A stretch of 64,000 nt of DNA, from assembly GCA_963775755.1 (NCBI GenBank), contig CAVZKB010000010.1, positions 15,674 through 79,673 on the forward strand, in the 5' to 3' direction. Below, in pieces: positions 22,227 to 31,652 of the stretch; position 1 is the stretch's first letter; each line of letters starts with the position of its first letter. This DNA comes from an uncultured Actinomycetes bacterium. Its GTDB lineage: Bacteria; Actinomycetota; UBA4738; HRBIN12. The notes under the pieces were generated by a model. That model had not been told where the DNA came from. It did no database searches and saw nothing but the letters and a program-made list of their open reading frames with translations. The position numbers and the translations under genes were made by a program.

Positions 22227-23252
22227 TCATGCGTTCGAGACCGCGATCCATCGGTCGAGCGTCTCGGACGCCGCCCCCGAGTCGATCGCCGCGGCCGCCG
22301 CGGCGATCCCGCTCGCCAGATCATCCGAGTGACCGGCGACCTCGAGCGCGGCCCCGGCGTTCAGCAGCACGACATCCCTCCGAGGGCCCGGCTCACCGGC
22401 CAAGAGGGAAAGGGCGATCGCCGCACCTGCGGCCGCGTCCCCTCCCCGCAGGTCGTCGAGCGAGGCCCGCGCGAGCCCGAGTGTGGCCGGATCGAGATGG
22501 CCTTCCCGGACGTCGCCGTCGCGGACGTCGAACACCGTGGAGATGCCGGTCGTCGTGAGCTCGTCCAACCCATCCTCGCCGCGGAAGACCTTGGCCCGGA
22601 TCCCTCGACGCGCGAGGACCTCGGCCATGAGCGGAAGCATCCGTTCGTCCGAGACTCCGACGACCTGCGCGAACGGCCGCGCGGGGTTCGTCAGAGGACC
22701 CAGGAAATTGAAGACGGTGGGCACGCGGAGCTCGCCGCGCACCGGCGCGGCGTGACCGGCGGCGGGGTGGAACACCGGCGCGAACATGAATGCGATGCCG
22801 GCCTCCGCCAGGCACCGCCGCACCCCGCCGGCGTCGAGGTCGATCTTGACACCCAGAGCTTCGAGCACGTCGGCCGAACCGCAATGCGACGAGGCGGCGC
22901 GGTTCCCGTGCTTCGCGACCGGAACGCCCGCGCCGGCGACGACGATCGCCGCGACCGTCGAGATGTTGAACGTGTTGCTCCGATCCCCGCCGGTCCCGCA
23001 CGTGTCGACGACCGGCGTCGATGCATCGACGGGGTTCGCGAACCTGAGCGCCGTCTGCGAGAGCCCCTCGAGCTCGTCGACGGTCTCGCCCTTGGTCCGC
23101 AGCGCCATCAGGAAGCCGCCGATCTGACCCGGCGACGCCTCGCCGCTCATGATCACGCGCATGGCTTCGGCCGCTTCCTCGGTCGTGAGCGCGTGGTGGG
23201 CGATGACCCGCGTGAGGGTGTGCGGCCAGAAGTCGGGGTCGGGCTCAGCCAT
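22227..23252 (-). CDS. trpD: anthranilate phosphoribosyltransferase
   Basis: 341-aa; GTGGDRSNTFNIST...KHGNRAASS motifs. Confidence 0.9.
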   Translation of the reverse strand: MAEPDPDFWPHTLTRVIAHHALTTEEAAEAMRVIMSGEASPGQIGGFLMALRTKGETVDELEGLSQTALRFANPVDASTPVVDTCGTGGDRSNTFNISTVAAIVVAGAGVPVAKHGNRAASSHCGSADVLEALGVKIDLDAGGVRRCLAEAGIAFMFAPVFHPAAGHAAPVRGELRVPTVFNFLGPLTNPARPFAQVVGVSDERMLPLMAEVLARRGIRAKVFRGEDGLDELTTTGISTVFDVRDGDVREGHLDPATLGLARASLDDLRGGDAAAGAAIALSLLAGEPGPRRDVVLLNAGAALEVAGHSDDLASGIAAAAAAIDSGAASETLDRWIAVSNA

Positions 23253-23334
23253 GGGAGCCGGAAACGTAGCAGGTCGCGCTGGACGCCAAGCGCTCGCTAC
23301 ACTTGTGGTCCTTCCGGCTCGCCGGAGGGGTCAC

Positions 23335-23408
23335 GCGGGTGTGGTTCAATGGCAGAACGTAAGCTTCCCAAGCTTGAGACGGGGGTTCGATTCCCCTCAC
23401 CCGCTCCA
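23335..23408 (+). tRNA. tRNA-Gly (anticodon CCC)
   Basis: GCGGGTG acceptor stem pairing with CACCCGC, D-arm GTTC/GAAC, anticodon loop TTCCCAA, T-loop GGGGGTTCGATTCCCCT, encoded CCA. Confidence 0.85.
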
Positions 23409-23421
23409 GCCGGCCAGGCGT

Positions 23422-24774
23422 TCACCCTTCGTCGTTCGTGTTCGCGAGTTCGTCGTCCTTCTGTAACGCGACAGGACGGGTCAGGAGTCGATCCCGCGGG
23501 ATGCGCCCGAGCCACGAGCCGGCCAGCAGCGAAGTCACGATCGCCAGCAGGACCAGCACGGCGTAGAACGGCTGGTCGATGATGCCGGCCGCGAAGGCCG
23601 TCGAAGCCACCACGATGCCCGGGCCTCCGCGAGCGTTCATCGCGATGGCCAGGTTCCATGAAGACTCGTCGTTCTCACCCGCCGCCCGTGCACCGATGTA
23701 CACGCTGACGGCCTTGACCGTGCACGCCGCCACCAGGAAGAAGGCGAAGAACGCGAGGCTGAAACCGTGGACGAGATCCAAGGTGAGTCCGATGACGGCG
23801 AAGTAGATCGGGATGAAGAACGCGATCGAGAAACTCTTGATCGCCAGCGTTGCCTCCGAGGACTTGGATCCCGAGAGCCCGGTGCTCGCGCCCACCACGA
23901 GCCCCGCGACGAACGCTCCGAAGAACGCTTGGATCCCGAGGAAAAGCCCGGCGATCGTCACGACGATCATGAACGTGAGTTGGTACGCGACGGGACTCGC
24001 GCGGCGGATCAGGTTCACCTTGAGTCTGCCCATCCGCCGGTAGGCGCGGGGCCCGAGGAGCAAACCGATACCGAGGAACGCGACCGTGACGAGCACGTGG
24101 TAGGCCATGTCGGCTCCGGTCCCGCCCCGGATGCCGAGCGCGGCGGGCAATCCGAACGGGGTTCCGGCGGCACCTCCCGCGTAGCCCACGGCGATCGCCA
24201 ACACGACGTAGAGCACGATGTCCTCGAGCACGGCGACACCCAGCACGACCCGGGCGAAGTCCGTGTCGAGGATCCCGAGGTCGTGCATGATCCTCGAGAT
24301 CACCGGGATGCTCGTCACCGCCATCGCGATGGCGAACACCAGGAGGAACGATGTCGTGTTGCCGTTCGGTCCCCACAGGCTCTGCTGATCGATGATCTGC
24401 AGGATCCCGATCCCCGCGAGGAACGGCAGCACCATCCCCATCACGAACACCGATGTGATCGTTCTGCGCTCGCGACGGTGGAAGATCGAGCGTATCTCGG
24501 TTCCAGTCATGAACATCAGGAGCATGAGGCCGAGCTGCGCGGTTGCCGCGATCACGATGGGGACCGGTCCCGTTGTCGGGAAGATCCACGTCATGACGTC
24601 CGGTGCGATGATCCCCAGCAGCGTCGGGCCCAGCAGGAGGCCGCCGACCACCTCGCCGATCGCGCGCGGTTGGCGGATGCGAACGAACAGCGATCCCACG
24701 CCGTGCGCGGCGACGAGCAACGTGGCGATCGCGACGAGGATGTGCGCGATGTCTGTGGTCGAAAGCGACAACAC
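23422..24774 (-). CDS. cation:proton antiporter (CPA2 / Kef-type Na+/H+ exchanger family)
   Basis: 450-aa polytopic ORF with Na_H_Exchanger-like pattern (GEVVGGLLLGPTLLG...). Confidence 0.75.
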   Translation of the reverse strand: MLSLSTTDIAHILVAIATLLVAAHGVGSLFVRIRQPRAIGEVVGGLLLGPTLLGIIAPDVMTWIFPTTGPVPIVIAATAQLGLMLLMFMTGTEIRSIFHRRERRTITSVFVMGMVLPFLAGIGILQIIDQQSLWGPNGNTTSFLLVFAIAMAVTSIPVISRIMHDLGILDTDFARVVLGVAVLEDIVLYVVLAIAVGYAGGAAGTPFGLPAALGIRGGTGADMAYHVLVTVAFLGIGLLLGPRAYRRMGRLKVNLIRRASPVAYQLTFMIVVTIAGLFLGIQAFFGAFVAGLVVGASTGLSGSKSSEATLAIKSFSIAFFIPIYFAVIGLTLDLVHGFSLAFFAFFLVAACTVKAVSVYIGARAAGENDESSWNLAIAMNARGGPGIVVASTAFAAGIIDQPFYAVLVLLAIVTSLLAGSWLGRIPRDRLLTRPVALQKDDELANTNDEG

Positions 24775-24895
24775 TGCCTCCCAGGCATCGTGCAGGTGTG
24801 AGCCGATACCTTACGGGACAGCGTGACCCGTTCCATCCGCCGAAAGTCCGAGCGGATGGCCATCGGACGGGGAGCCGTTCGACTATGGCGGACCT

Positions 24896-25576
24896 TCACA
24901 GGTAGCGAGGCGCGGTCGGACACAGATCCTTCAGTGGACACTGCCGACAGCGTGGGATGGGCGCCTTGCAGATCTCGCGACCCAATCGGATCAGCGCGAC
25001 GTGCAGTGGCGTCCGGAGCCCGTCGGGGACCAGGTCGTGGAGCAGCCGGTCCGCGCGCTCTGCCGACACGTTCGGTGGTACCAAGCCGAGCCGTTTCGAG
25101 ACGCGGTGCACGTGCGTGTCCACGGGGATCGCGTCCCTGCCCAATGCGAACGACAGCACGACCGCGGCCGTCTTCGGACCGACGCCCGGGAGCGACGTGA
25201 GATACGCACGCGCTTCGGCGTCCGACATCACGCGCAAGCTGGTGAGATCGAAGGCGCCTTCCCGATCGCGGACCTCGCGAAGGATGGCCTGGATCCGCGG
25301 AGACTTCGAATCGGCGAGACCCCCGCTGCGGATCGCGTCGGCCACAGCAGTCATCGGGGCGTCGACGACGCTCTGCCACGTGGGGAACGCCGCGTTCAGC
25401 TGGTCGAACGCTCGCTCGGCGTTCAGGTCGCTCGTGTGTTGCGAGAGCACGGTGAGGATCAGCTCGTCGAGCGGGTCGGCGCGACGCGGAGGCTCCATCT
25501 CGCCGAACCGCTTGCGCAGCCGGTTCAGGATGACGCGGACACGACGGGGCGTGGCCGTGGCCGTCGATGCGGTCAC
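24896..25576 (-). CDS. nth: endonuclease III (HhH-GPD DNA glycosylase/AP lyase)
   Basis: HhH-GPD motif LPGVGPKTAAVV, catalytic Lys/Asp region, C-terminal 4Fe-4S cluster loop CxxxxxxCxxCxxxxxC (CKAPIPRCRQCPLKDLC). Confidence 0.9.
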   Translation of the reverse strand: MTASTATATPRRVRVILNRLRKRFGEMEPPRRADPLDELILTVLSQHTSDLNAERAFDQLNAAFPTWQSVVDAPMTAVADAIRSGGLADSKSPRIQAILREVRDREGAFDLTSLRVMSDAEARAYLTSLPGVGPKTAAVVLSFALGRDAIPVDTHVHRVSKRLGLVPPNVSAERADRLLHDLVPDGLRTPLHVALIRLGREICKAPIPRCRQCPLKDLCPTAPRYL

Positions 25577-26985
25577 TGTGGCGCGTCGCGTGCGGCGTTG
25601 CGGAACTGCGTGAGCGACGGCTCGAAGTCCAGACGGATGTTGCCGGTGGGCCCGTTGCGGTGCTTCGCGATGATGAGCTCGGTTTGGCGCTTCTTCTCCG
25701 GATCGGCGTCGTCGCGATGGATGAACATCACGACGTCGGAGTCCTGCTCGATGGCACCCGACTCGCGAAGGTCCGACAGCTGGGGCCGCTTGTCGGCTCG
25801 GGCCTCCGGGTTGCGGTTCAGCTGCGACAGCGCGATGACCGGCACGTGGAGCTCCTTGGCGAGCAGCTTGAGCGAACGACTGATCTCAGCGACCTCCTGC
25901 TGGCGGTTGTCCGGGCGTCGCGTGAGCGGGCTCGTCATCAGCTGGAGGTAGTCGACGATGATGAGCTCCAGCCCCTGTCGGCCGGTCCGCATCCGTCGAG
26001 CCTTCGCGCGGATGTCGACGATGTTCACGTTGCCCGCGTCGACGATGTGCAGCGGCACGTCGTGAAGAACCTCGGCGGCCTGGACGACACGGGACCAGTC
26101 GTCGGGACCGACGCGCTTGTTGCGGATGCGATCCCACGCGACGCGTGCCTCCGAGCACAGGAGGCGCATGCCGATCTCGTAGCGCGACATCTCGAGTGAG
26201 AACAGCGCCACGGGATGACGGCCGATCGCGACGTTGCGGGCGATGTTCGTGGCGAGCGACGACTTGCCGACGCCCGGTCGAGCTGCGATCACGATCAGGT
26301 TGCCCGGCTGCAGCCCCGACGTGAGATCGTCGAGATCGCGGAACCCCGACGGCAACCCCGTGTAGGCCGTGTCCCGGTTCTGGATGTTCTCGAGGTCGAT
26401 CATCGCGTGGTCGACCAGGTCTCGCAGGATGGCCACCTCGTCGGCATCCTCACGGCGGGCGACGTCGTAGATCCTCTGCTCCGCGTCGTCGGCCACCCCC
26501 TCCGGGTCGGGCGGTGCCGCGTATGCCATGTCCATGATGTCGGCGGCCGCGCCGATCAGGCGGCGAAGGAGCGCGGTCTGCGAGACGATCCGCGCGTAGT
26601 GCCCGGCGGATGCGGGGGTGGGGACCTCGTCGACCAGATCGCGCATGTAGAGGGGACCGCCGACGTCGTCGAGGATCCCGGCGCGCTTCAGGGCTTCGAT
26701 CCCCGTGACGATGTCGATCGGCTCGCCCCTGGCGTAGAGGCCCCGGAGCACGTCGTAGATCTTGCCGTTGGCGGAGCGATAGAAGTCGTCGGCCTGCAGG
26801 ATCTCGACGACGTCCGCGATGGCCTCGGACGAGAGCATCATGGCGCCGAGCACCGATCCCTCGGCCTCGAGGTTCTGGGGAGGGACCCGCGGGTCGCTCC
26901 TGGCGATGCGCCGCACGTCTTCAACGGTGCGCGCCAAGACCTTCACCCCTCCCCCGACCATCGCCCCGCGGATCAGGCCGCGCAT
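25573..26985 (-). CDS. dnaB: replicative DNA helicase DnaB (no intein)
   Basis: 470-aa; PPQNLEAEGSVLGAMM N-terminal motif, Walker A GARPGVGKSS, RecA-like C-domain; normal length excludes intein. Confidence 0.93.
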   Translation of the reverse strand: MRGLIRGAMVGGGVKVLARTVEDVRRIARSDPRVPPQNLEAEGSVLGAMMLSSEAIADVVEILQADDFYRSANGKIYDVLRGLYARGEPIDIVTGIEALKRAGILDDVGGPLYMRDLVDEVPTPASAGHYARIVSQTALLRRLIGAAADIMDMAYAAPPDPEGVADDAEQRIYDVARREDADEVAILRDLVDHAMIDLENIQNRDTAYTGLPSGFRDLDDLTSGLQPGNLIVIAARPGVGKSSLATNIARNVAIGRHPVALFSLEMSRYEIGMRLLCSEARVAWDRIRNKRVGPDDWSRVVQAAEVLHDVPLHIVDAGNVNIVDIRAKARRMRTGRQGLELIIVDYLQLMTSPLTRRPDNRQQEVAEISRSLKLLAKELHVPVIALSQLNRNPEARADKRPQLSDLRESGAIEQDSDVVMFIHRDDADPEKKRQTELIIAKHRNGPTGNIRLDFEPSLTQFRNAARDAPQ

Positions 26986-27111
26986 CCGGCCCTCGAGTCG
27001 AGGCTACGCTTCGCCCTGAGAACTTCCATTGGATAAGTGGTGTGGATTGCTGCACCGCAGGTCGCGGAGAAAGATTCCTTGTCACTCCGGCCGTGACCTG
27101 CGCTTTCCCCA

Positions 27112-27132
27112 TGTGGACAAGCATGTGGACAA
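27112..27132. promoter_or_regulatory. two tandem actinobacterial-type DnaA boxes (TGTGGACAA x2 = complement of TTGTCCACA) upstream of dnaB
   Basis: Direct repeat aTGTGGACAAgcaTGTGGACAAg at 27112-27120 and 27124-27132 in the dnaB/arsR divergent intergenic region. Confidence 0.5.
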
Positions 27133-27145
27133 GTGTGAATCACAC
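27133..27145. promoter_or_regulatory. perfect inverted repeat GTGTGA-a-TCACAC (candidate ArsR/other operator)
   Basis: 13-bp palindrome directly abutting the DnaA boxes, 77 bp upstream of arsR start. Confidence 0.35.
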
Positions 27146-27221
27146 CTCTGACATTTCGAGGATCGGCACGCGCGAGGCGACCACGCGATCGAAGATATAA
27201 GAACCGTTGTATCTTTGAGCG

Positions 27222-27809
27222 ATGACGGAGCTCGAACCGGCGTTGCCGCAACGGCTGAGCGGTGTCGAGGCGATGCGCGCGCTCGCCCATCCCACTCGGC
27301 TGCGGATGCTGGAGCTGCTCCGTCAGGAACCCCTCTCCGCCTCCGAGCTCGCCAGGCGGCTCGAGATCAGGTTCGGCAGCGCTCGGTTCCACCTGCATCA
27401 GTTGGTCCGGGGGGGTCTGGCCCACCCAGCGGGCGAGCGACGCGGACGGGGCGGGCTCGAGCTGCTCTTCTCCGCCCCGGAGGACCTATGGGTCGACATC
27501 GACCCCGCCGACCCGGCGACCACCTCGGCGATGCATCGCGCGCTCGTCGTGGAGCTCGGCCGTCGACTCCAGGCAGCGGCGAAGGATCAGCGCCCGAGCG
27601 ACTCGGCCGTCGACGTCGTCTCCCTCCGCCAGGTCCGTCTCACGGCCACGGGCCGCGAGGAAGCCGAGCGGATCGCGGAGGAGACGCTCCGCCGGATCCG
27701 CGCGCTGGACACCGCGGCCGGGGAGGGCGACACGGAGCCGATCACGCTCGGCATCTTCCTCTTCCGAACCCCTCGCCCAACACGGGGCTCGAGCCGATCG
27801 GATGAGTGA
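27222..27809 (+). CDS. ArsR/SmtB-family (winged-helix) transcriptional regulator
   Basis: N-terminal HTH: LAHPTRLRMLELLRQEPLSASELARRLEIRFGSARFHLHQLVRGGL; overlaps downstream MFS gene (ATGAGTGA). Confidence 0.8.
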   Translation: MTELEPALPQRLSGVEAMRALAHPTRLRMLELLRQEPLSASELARRLEIRFGSARFHLHQLVRGGLAHPAGERRGRGGLELLFSAPEDLWVDIDPADPATTSAMHRALVVELGRRLQAAAKDQRPSDSAVDVVSLRQVRLTATGREEAERIAEETLRRIRALDTAAGEGDTEPITLGIFLFRTPRPTRGSSRSDE

Positions 27810-29028
27810 CGCCGGCCGGCGGCGCAATGTCCTGCTCCGCAACCGCGCGTTCCGACGGATGTGGACGGCGCGAGCGATCTCGTTCATCGGCGACGGGATC
27901 GCGATCACCGCGCTCGTGCTGCACGTGGAGTCGACGAACGGCACGGGAACAGCGGTCGGCGCGCTGCTGCTCGCGCAGGCGCTCCCGCACCTGGTGGGAC
28001 CGGTCGCCGGCGTCGTCGCCGACCGCACCGATCAGCGCCGGCTGATGATCGGATGCGACCTGGGCCGGATGGTCGTGTTCGCGATGGCGGCATGGCTCCT
28101 GCCGGCCCTGCCCGGCCTCCTCGTCCTGATCGCAACCGCGTCGGTCCTCGACACGGTCTTCTCGCCGGCGGGCCGAAGCGCGGTGCCCGTTCTGGTGGAT
28201 GAGGAGGACCTGCTCTCGGCGAACGCGTGGCTCGGCACTGCCCTCAACATGCAGGTGGCGATCGGCCCGTTGCTCGGCGGGCTCTTCGTGGCCACGCTCG
28301 GCTTCCGGGGCGCGCTGACCGCCGACGCGGCCTCGTTCCTGCTGTCGGCCGCGGTGCTCCTCGGCGTGCCGAAGCTGCCGCCGCACACCGCCAAGTCGGA
28401 GCGATCGAGCTTCCTGGCGGATACGCGGGAAGGCCTCGCATACGTCCGCCGCCACGCCGTAGCCCGCGCGGTGTTCGTCACCTTGTTCCTCGGTGTGGCG
28501 TTCGCCGGCGTCGACAACGTGGCGTTGGTGTTCCTGTCGCGCAACGTCCTCGGGGCGGGGCCCGTGGGCTACGGCGTGATCGCGGGTGCGTTCGGCATCG
28601 GCATGCTCGTGGCGTCCATCGCCCTGTCCGGCGGCCGGAGCCGTTCGCCGCGAGCGCTCTTCATCGGCGGGTGGACCCTCACGGCAGCCGGCACACTGCT
28701 CACCGGCTTGTCGCCGCTGGTGTGGCTCGCGGCGATGGCCCAGGCGACCGGCGGCGCCGGCAACGGCGCGGACAACGTGGCATCCGACACGCTGATCCAA
28801 CGGAGCGTGCCGAATGAGATGCTCGGTCGCGTGTTCGGCGTGACCTCCACGGCGGCGTTCGTCGGCGGCGGCATCGCATACGCGGTCGGAGGACCCCTGC
28901 TCGACGCCACGTCGCCGCGCTTCGTCTTCCTGATCGCGGCCGCAGGCGTCCTCGTCGTGGTCGGCCTGGCGCATGTCCTGCTGCCCAGCGACGCGGGAAG
29001 ACCGGGCGACGAGCCCGGCCTTCCGTGA
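27802..29028 (+). CDS. MFS transporter (paralogous family to 7964..9280)
   Basis: 408-aa from ATG 27802 (MSDAGRRRNVLLRNRAFRRMWTARAISFIGD...); 12 hydrophobic segments; longer ORF from 27262 is an out-of-frame extension across arsR. Confidence 0.8.
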   Translation: MSDAGRRRNVLLRNRAFRRMWTARAISFIGDGIAITALVLHVESTNGTGTAVGALLLAQALPHLVGPVAGVVADRTDQRRLMIGCDLGRMVVFAMAAWLLPALPGLLVLIATASVLDTVFSPAGRSAVPVLVDEEDLLSANAWLGTALNMQVAIGPLLGGLFVATLGFRGALTADAASFLLSAAVLLGVPKLPPHTAKSERSSFLADTREGLAYVRRHAVARAVFVTLFLGVAFAGVDNVALVFLSRNVLGAGPVGYGVIAGAFGIGMLVASIALSGGRSRSPRALFIGGWTLTAAGTLLTGLSPLVWLAAMAQATGGAGNGADNVASDTLIQRSVPNEMLGRVFGVTSTAAFVGGGIAYAVGGPLLDATSPRFVFLIAAAGVLVVVGLAHVLLPSDAGRPGDEPGLP

Positions 29029-29048
29029 CGCAAACGAGTCGTGGGGCG

Positions 29049-29498
29049 TTACTCCTCGGCCGCGACCTCGAGGGTGAGCACCGGCTCGACCTCCGGGAAC
29101 AGGTGGATCCGCACGTCGTGCGTCCCGAGCGACCGGATAGGCTCCTCCAGGTGCACGTCTTTTCGATCCACCTGGATGTCGGCTTGCGCCGCGATCGCCT
29201 CGGCGATGTCGGCGGCCGTCACGGAACCGAAGAGCTTGCCCTCTTCGCCCGCGCGAGCCGCGATCGTCACCTTCGATGCGATCAGCTTGACCGCGAGCGC
29301 CTCGAACTCGATCTTCTCCTTGGACTGACGCGAGGTGTGGGCACGCTTGAGGTTCTCAGCATGCTTCAGTGCGCCCTTCTCGGCCCGCACGGCGAGACCG
29401 TGAGGGACCAGGTAGTTCCGCGCGTAGCCCGCCGCCACCTCGACGACGTCTCCGGGGTCACCCAGCTTCTCCACGGGTTGCTGGAGGATGACCTTCAT
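29049..29498 (-). CDS. rplI: 50S ribosomal protein L9
   Basis: 149-aa from ATG 29498: [30 protein letters not shown]. Confidence 0.92.
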   Translation of the reverse strand: MKVILQQPVEKLGDPGDVVEVAAGYARNYLVPHGLAVRAEKGALKHAENLKRAHTSRQSKEKIEFEALAVKLIASKVTIAARAGEEGKLFGSVTAADIAEAIAAQADIQVDRKDVHLEEPIRSLGTHDVRIHLFPEVEPVLTLEVAAEE

Positions 29499-29776
29499 TT
29501 GGCAGCGTAAGGTAGAAGTGCCATCTGACGAGCGTTCTTGACGGCGGTGGCCACGTCTCGCTGATGCTGCACGCAGTTTCCTGTCACGCGGCGCGCGCGG
29601 ATCTTTCCGCGCTCCGAGACGAATTTCCGGAGCGAGACCACGTCCTTGTAGTCGACGTAGTCGATCTTCTCCTTGCAGTAGACGCACGCCTTCCGCTTGG
29701 TCTTCTTCCAGGGCTTATCGTCCTTCTCGCGCTTGGGGCGCCTGGTCCCTTCGCGAGGTTTCCCCTTACCCGCCAT
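29495..29776 (-). CDS. rpsR: 30S ribosomal protein S18
   Basis: 93-aa basic protein; S18 core ([36 protein letters not shown]). Confidence 0.92.
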   Translation of the reverse strand: MAGKGKPREGTRRPKREKDDKPWKKTKRKACVYCKEKIDYVDYKDVVSLRKFVSERGKIRARRVTGNCVQHQRDVATAVKNARQMALLPYAAK

Positions 29777-30224
29777 CTAGTGGTGTCTCCTCTTGACTCG
29801 TTCCGCCGACCGGCGCGGCCACCTTCTCGCCCCAGTCCCCGGAACTCGATCCGGATGAGGAACGAGGGTTCCGCTCGATGCGAGCGGTGGCCCACCGGAG
29901 GCTCGGGCCGATCTCGTCGGCCTCGATCTCGACGGCGCTTCGCTTCTCGCCGTCCTGGCTCTCCCAGGATCGGTACTGCAGACGGCCGGACACGACCACG
30001 CGCGTGCCGCGCGTCAGCGTCTCGGCCACGTTCTCGGCAAGGCTCCGCCAGCAGTTCACCGAGAAGTACGACGCCTCCGCGTCCTTCCACCCACCGGCAC
30101 CATCGGGCGTCCGGCGGTTCACGGCGATCCGGAACTTGCACACCGCCGCCCCGTTCGGCGTGTACCGCAGCTCGGGGTCGTCGGTCAGGTTGCCGATCAC
30201 GGTCACCTGGTTGTCGTTCGCCAT
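29766..30224 (-). CDS. ssb: single-stranded DNA-binding protein
   Basis: OB-fold N-domain ([32 protein letters not shown]), Gly/Ser-rich tail. Confidence 0.92.
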   Translation of the reverse strand: MANDNQVTVIGNLTDDPELRYTPNGAAVCKFRIAVNRRTPDGAGGWKDAEASYFSVNCWRSLAENVAETLTRGTRVVVSGRLQYRSWESQDGEKRSAVEIEADEIGPSLRWATARIERNPRSSSGSSSGDWGEKVAAPVGGTSQEETPLDGG

Positions 30225-30270
30225 GTCAACTCACCACCTCATCGTTGTTCCGCACCGCGACGCGTATGGC

Positions 30271-30606
30271 TCACGCCGGGGTGGGGGAAGGCGCCTTGTG
30301 CTTCTGCGGCTTGGTCTTCTTCTCGGGCACGACCAGCACCTTGTGCCGGACGATCTCGTCGGCCAGGTTCAGCGTGCGTTCGAGCTCGGCCGCGGTCGTC
30401 GGCTCCGCGGTGAACCGCACGACGACGTAGTACCCCTCCGTCTGGTGTGCGATCTCGTACGCGAAGCGCCGGCGTCCCCACCGATCGATCTTCCCGACCT
30501 CACCACCAGTGCTGGATACCACCTTGGTGATGCGGTCGACCGCCGTTCCGACCAGCGCTTCGTCGGCCTCGGCGGGCAGGATGAACATGATCTCGTACTC
30601 CCTCAA
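30271..30606 (-). CDS. rpsF: 30S ribosomal protein S6
   Basis: (M)REYEIMFILPAEADEAL...; start assigned to TTG at 30606 with AGGAG 6 nt upstream; ORF-table extension to 30702 is upstream read-through. Confidence 0.88.
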   Translation of the reverse strand: MREYEIMFILPAEADEALVGTAVDRITKVVSSTGGEVGKIDRWGRRRFAYEIAHQTEGYYVVVRFTAEPTTAAELERTLNLADEIVRHKVLVVPEKKTKPQKHKAPSPTPA

Positions 30607-30797
30607 CTCCACCTCCTCTGGTCTGGACGGCCCCCTCGGAGAGGGAGCAGGGGGTCTTACGAGGGCGTCCAGAGTGTACGGGACACGGGAGGAACGTAGC
30701 ACCGGGTGCCGACACGCGCGCCTCCGAGGCGAACCAGCGGCGACCGATTAGACTCGAACGAACTGCCGTGCACTCGACCTGCAAGGAGGCGCGAGCG

Positions 30798-31583
30798 ATG
30801 CGAGTGTCGATCCACGACCTGCGTGCGATGAAGGCGCAAGGCAAGCGGTTCGCCATGCTGACCGCGTATGACTTCCCCACCGCCCAGATCCTCGATCGAG
30901 CCGGGATACCCGTGCTCCTGGTCGGCGATTCCGTGGGCCGCAACGTCCTGGGCTACCCGAACGAGCTCCCGGTCACCATGGAGGAGATGCTCCACCACGT
31001 GAAGGCCGTGGCGCGAGGGGCCGATCACGCGATGGTGGTCGGTGACATGCCGTTCATGTCGTTCCAATCGTCCGTGGAAGACGGTGTGCGGAACGCGGGA
31101 CGCATGATCAAGGAAGGCGGCGCCCATGCGGTCAAGGTCGAGGGGGCGCAGTTCGACCTGATCAACCGGCTCGTCGAGATCGGCATCCCGGTGATGGCGC
31201 ACGTCGGCCTGACCCCGCAGTCCGTGTACGGGTTGGGTGGAATGAAGGTCCAGGGCCGGGGAGAGGCCGGGACGAAGGTCCTCGAACAGGCCATGCATCT
31301 GGAGAAGGCGGGCGCGTTCGCGATCGTGCTGGAGGCCATGCCGGCCGAGCTCGGGACGGAGATCACGCGTTCCGTCCAGATCCCGACGATCGGCATCGGC
31401 GCCGGCGCCGGGTGCGACGCGCAGGTGTTGATCATCCACGACCTGCTCGGCATCACCGAGAAGCCGCCGAAGCTCGCCAAGGCCTACGCGAACGTCCGCG
31501 AGACCATGACCGAGGCGGTCGAAGCGTTCATGCGCGATGTCGAAACCGGGACGTTCCCCGATCCCGATCACACGTACTCGTAG
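30798..31583 (+). CDS. panB: 3-methyl-2-oxobutanoate hydroxymethyltransferase
   Basis: ATG 30798 preceded by AAGGAGG; MRVSIHDLRAMKAQGKRFAMLTAYDFP...VGDS canonical PanB. Confidence 0.9.
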   Translation: MRVSIHDLRAMKAQGKRFAMLTAYDFPTAQILDRAGIPVLLVGDSVGRNVLGYPNELPVTMEEMLHHVKAVARGADHAMVVGDMPFMSFQSSVEDGVRNAGRMIKEGGAHAVKVEGAQFDLINRLVEIGIPVMAHVGLTPQSVYGLGGMKVQGRGEAGTKVLEQAMHLEKAGAFAIVLEAMPAELGTEITRSVQIPTIGIGAGAGCDAQVLIIHDLLGITEKPPKLAKAYANVRETMTEAVEAFMRDVETGTFPDPDHTYS

Positions 31584-31652
31584 AGGCGGCGCCCGCGGCG
31601 CGGTTGCGCGCGAGCTACACGACCGGCCACTCCCCGGCCATACACTCGGCGG

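Noticed and set aside
23253-23421. Integrated element at tRNA-Gly
   Set aside because: No integrase, direct repeat of the tRNA 3' end, or compositional shift nearby; the tRNA is flanked by trpD and an antiporter gene
25573-26985. Intein in dnaB (common in actinobacteria)
   Set aside because: Product is 470 aa with a contiguous Walker A-to-C-terminus RecA domain; no extra insertion
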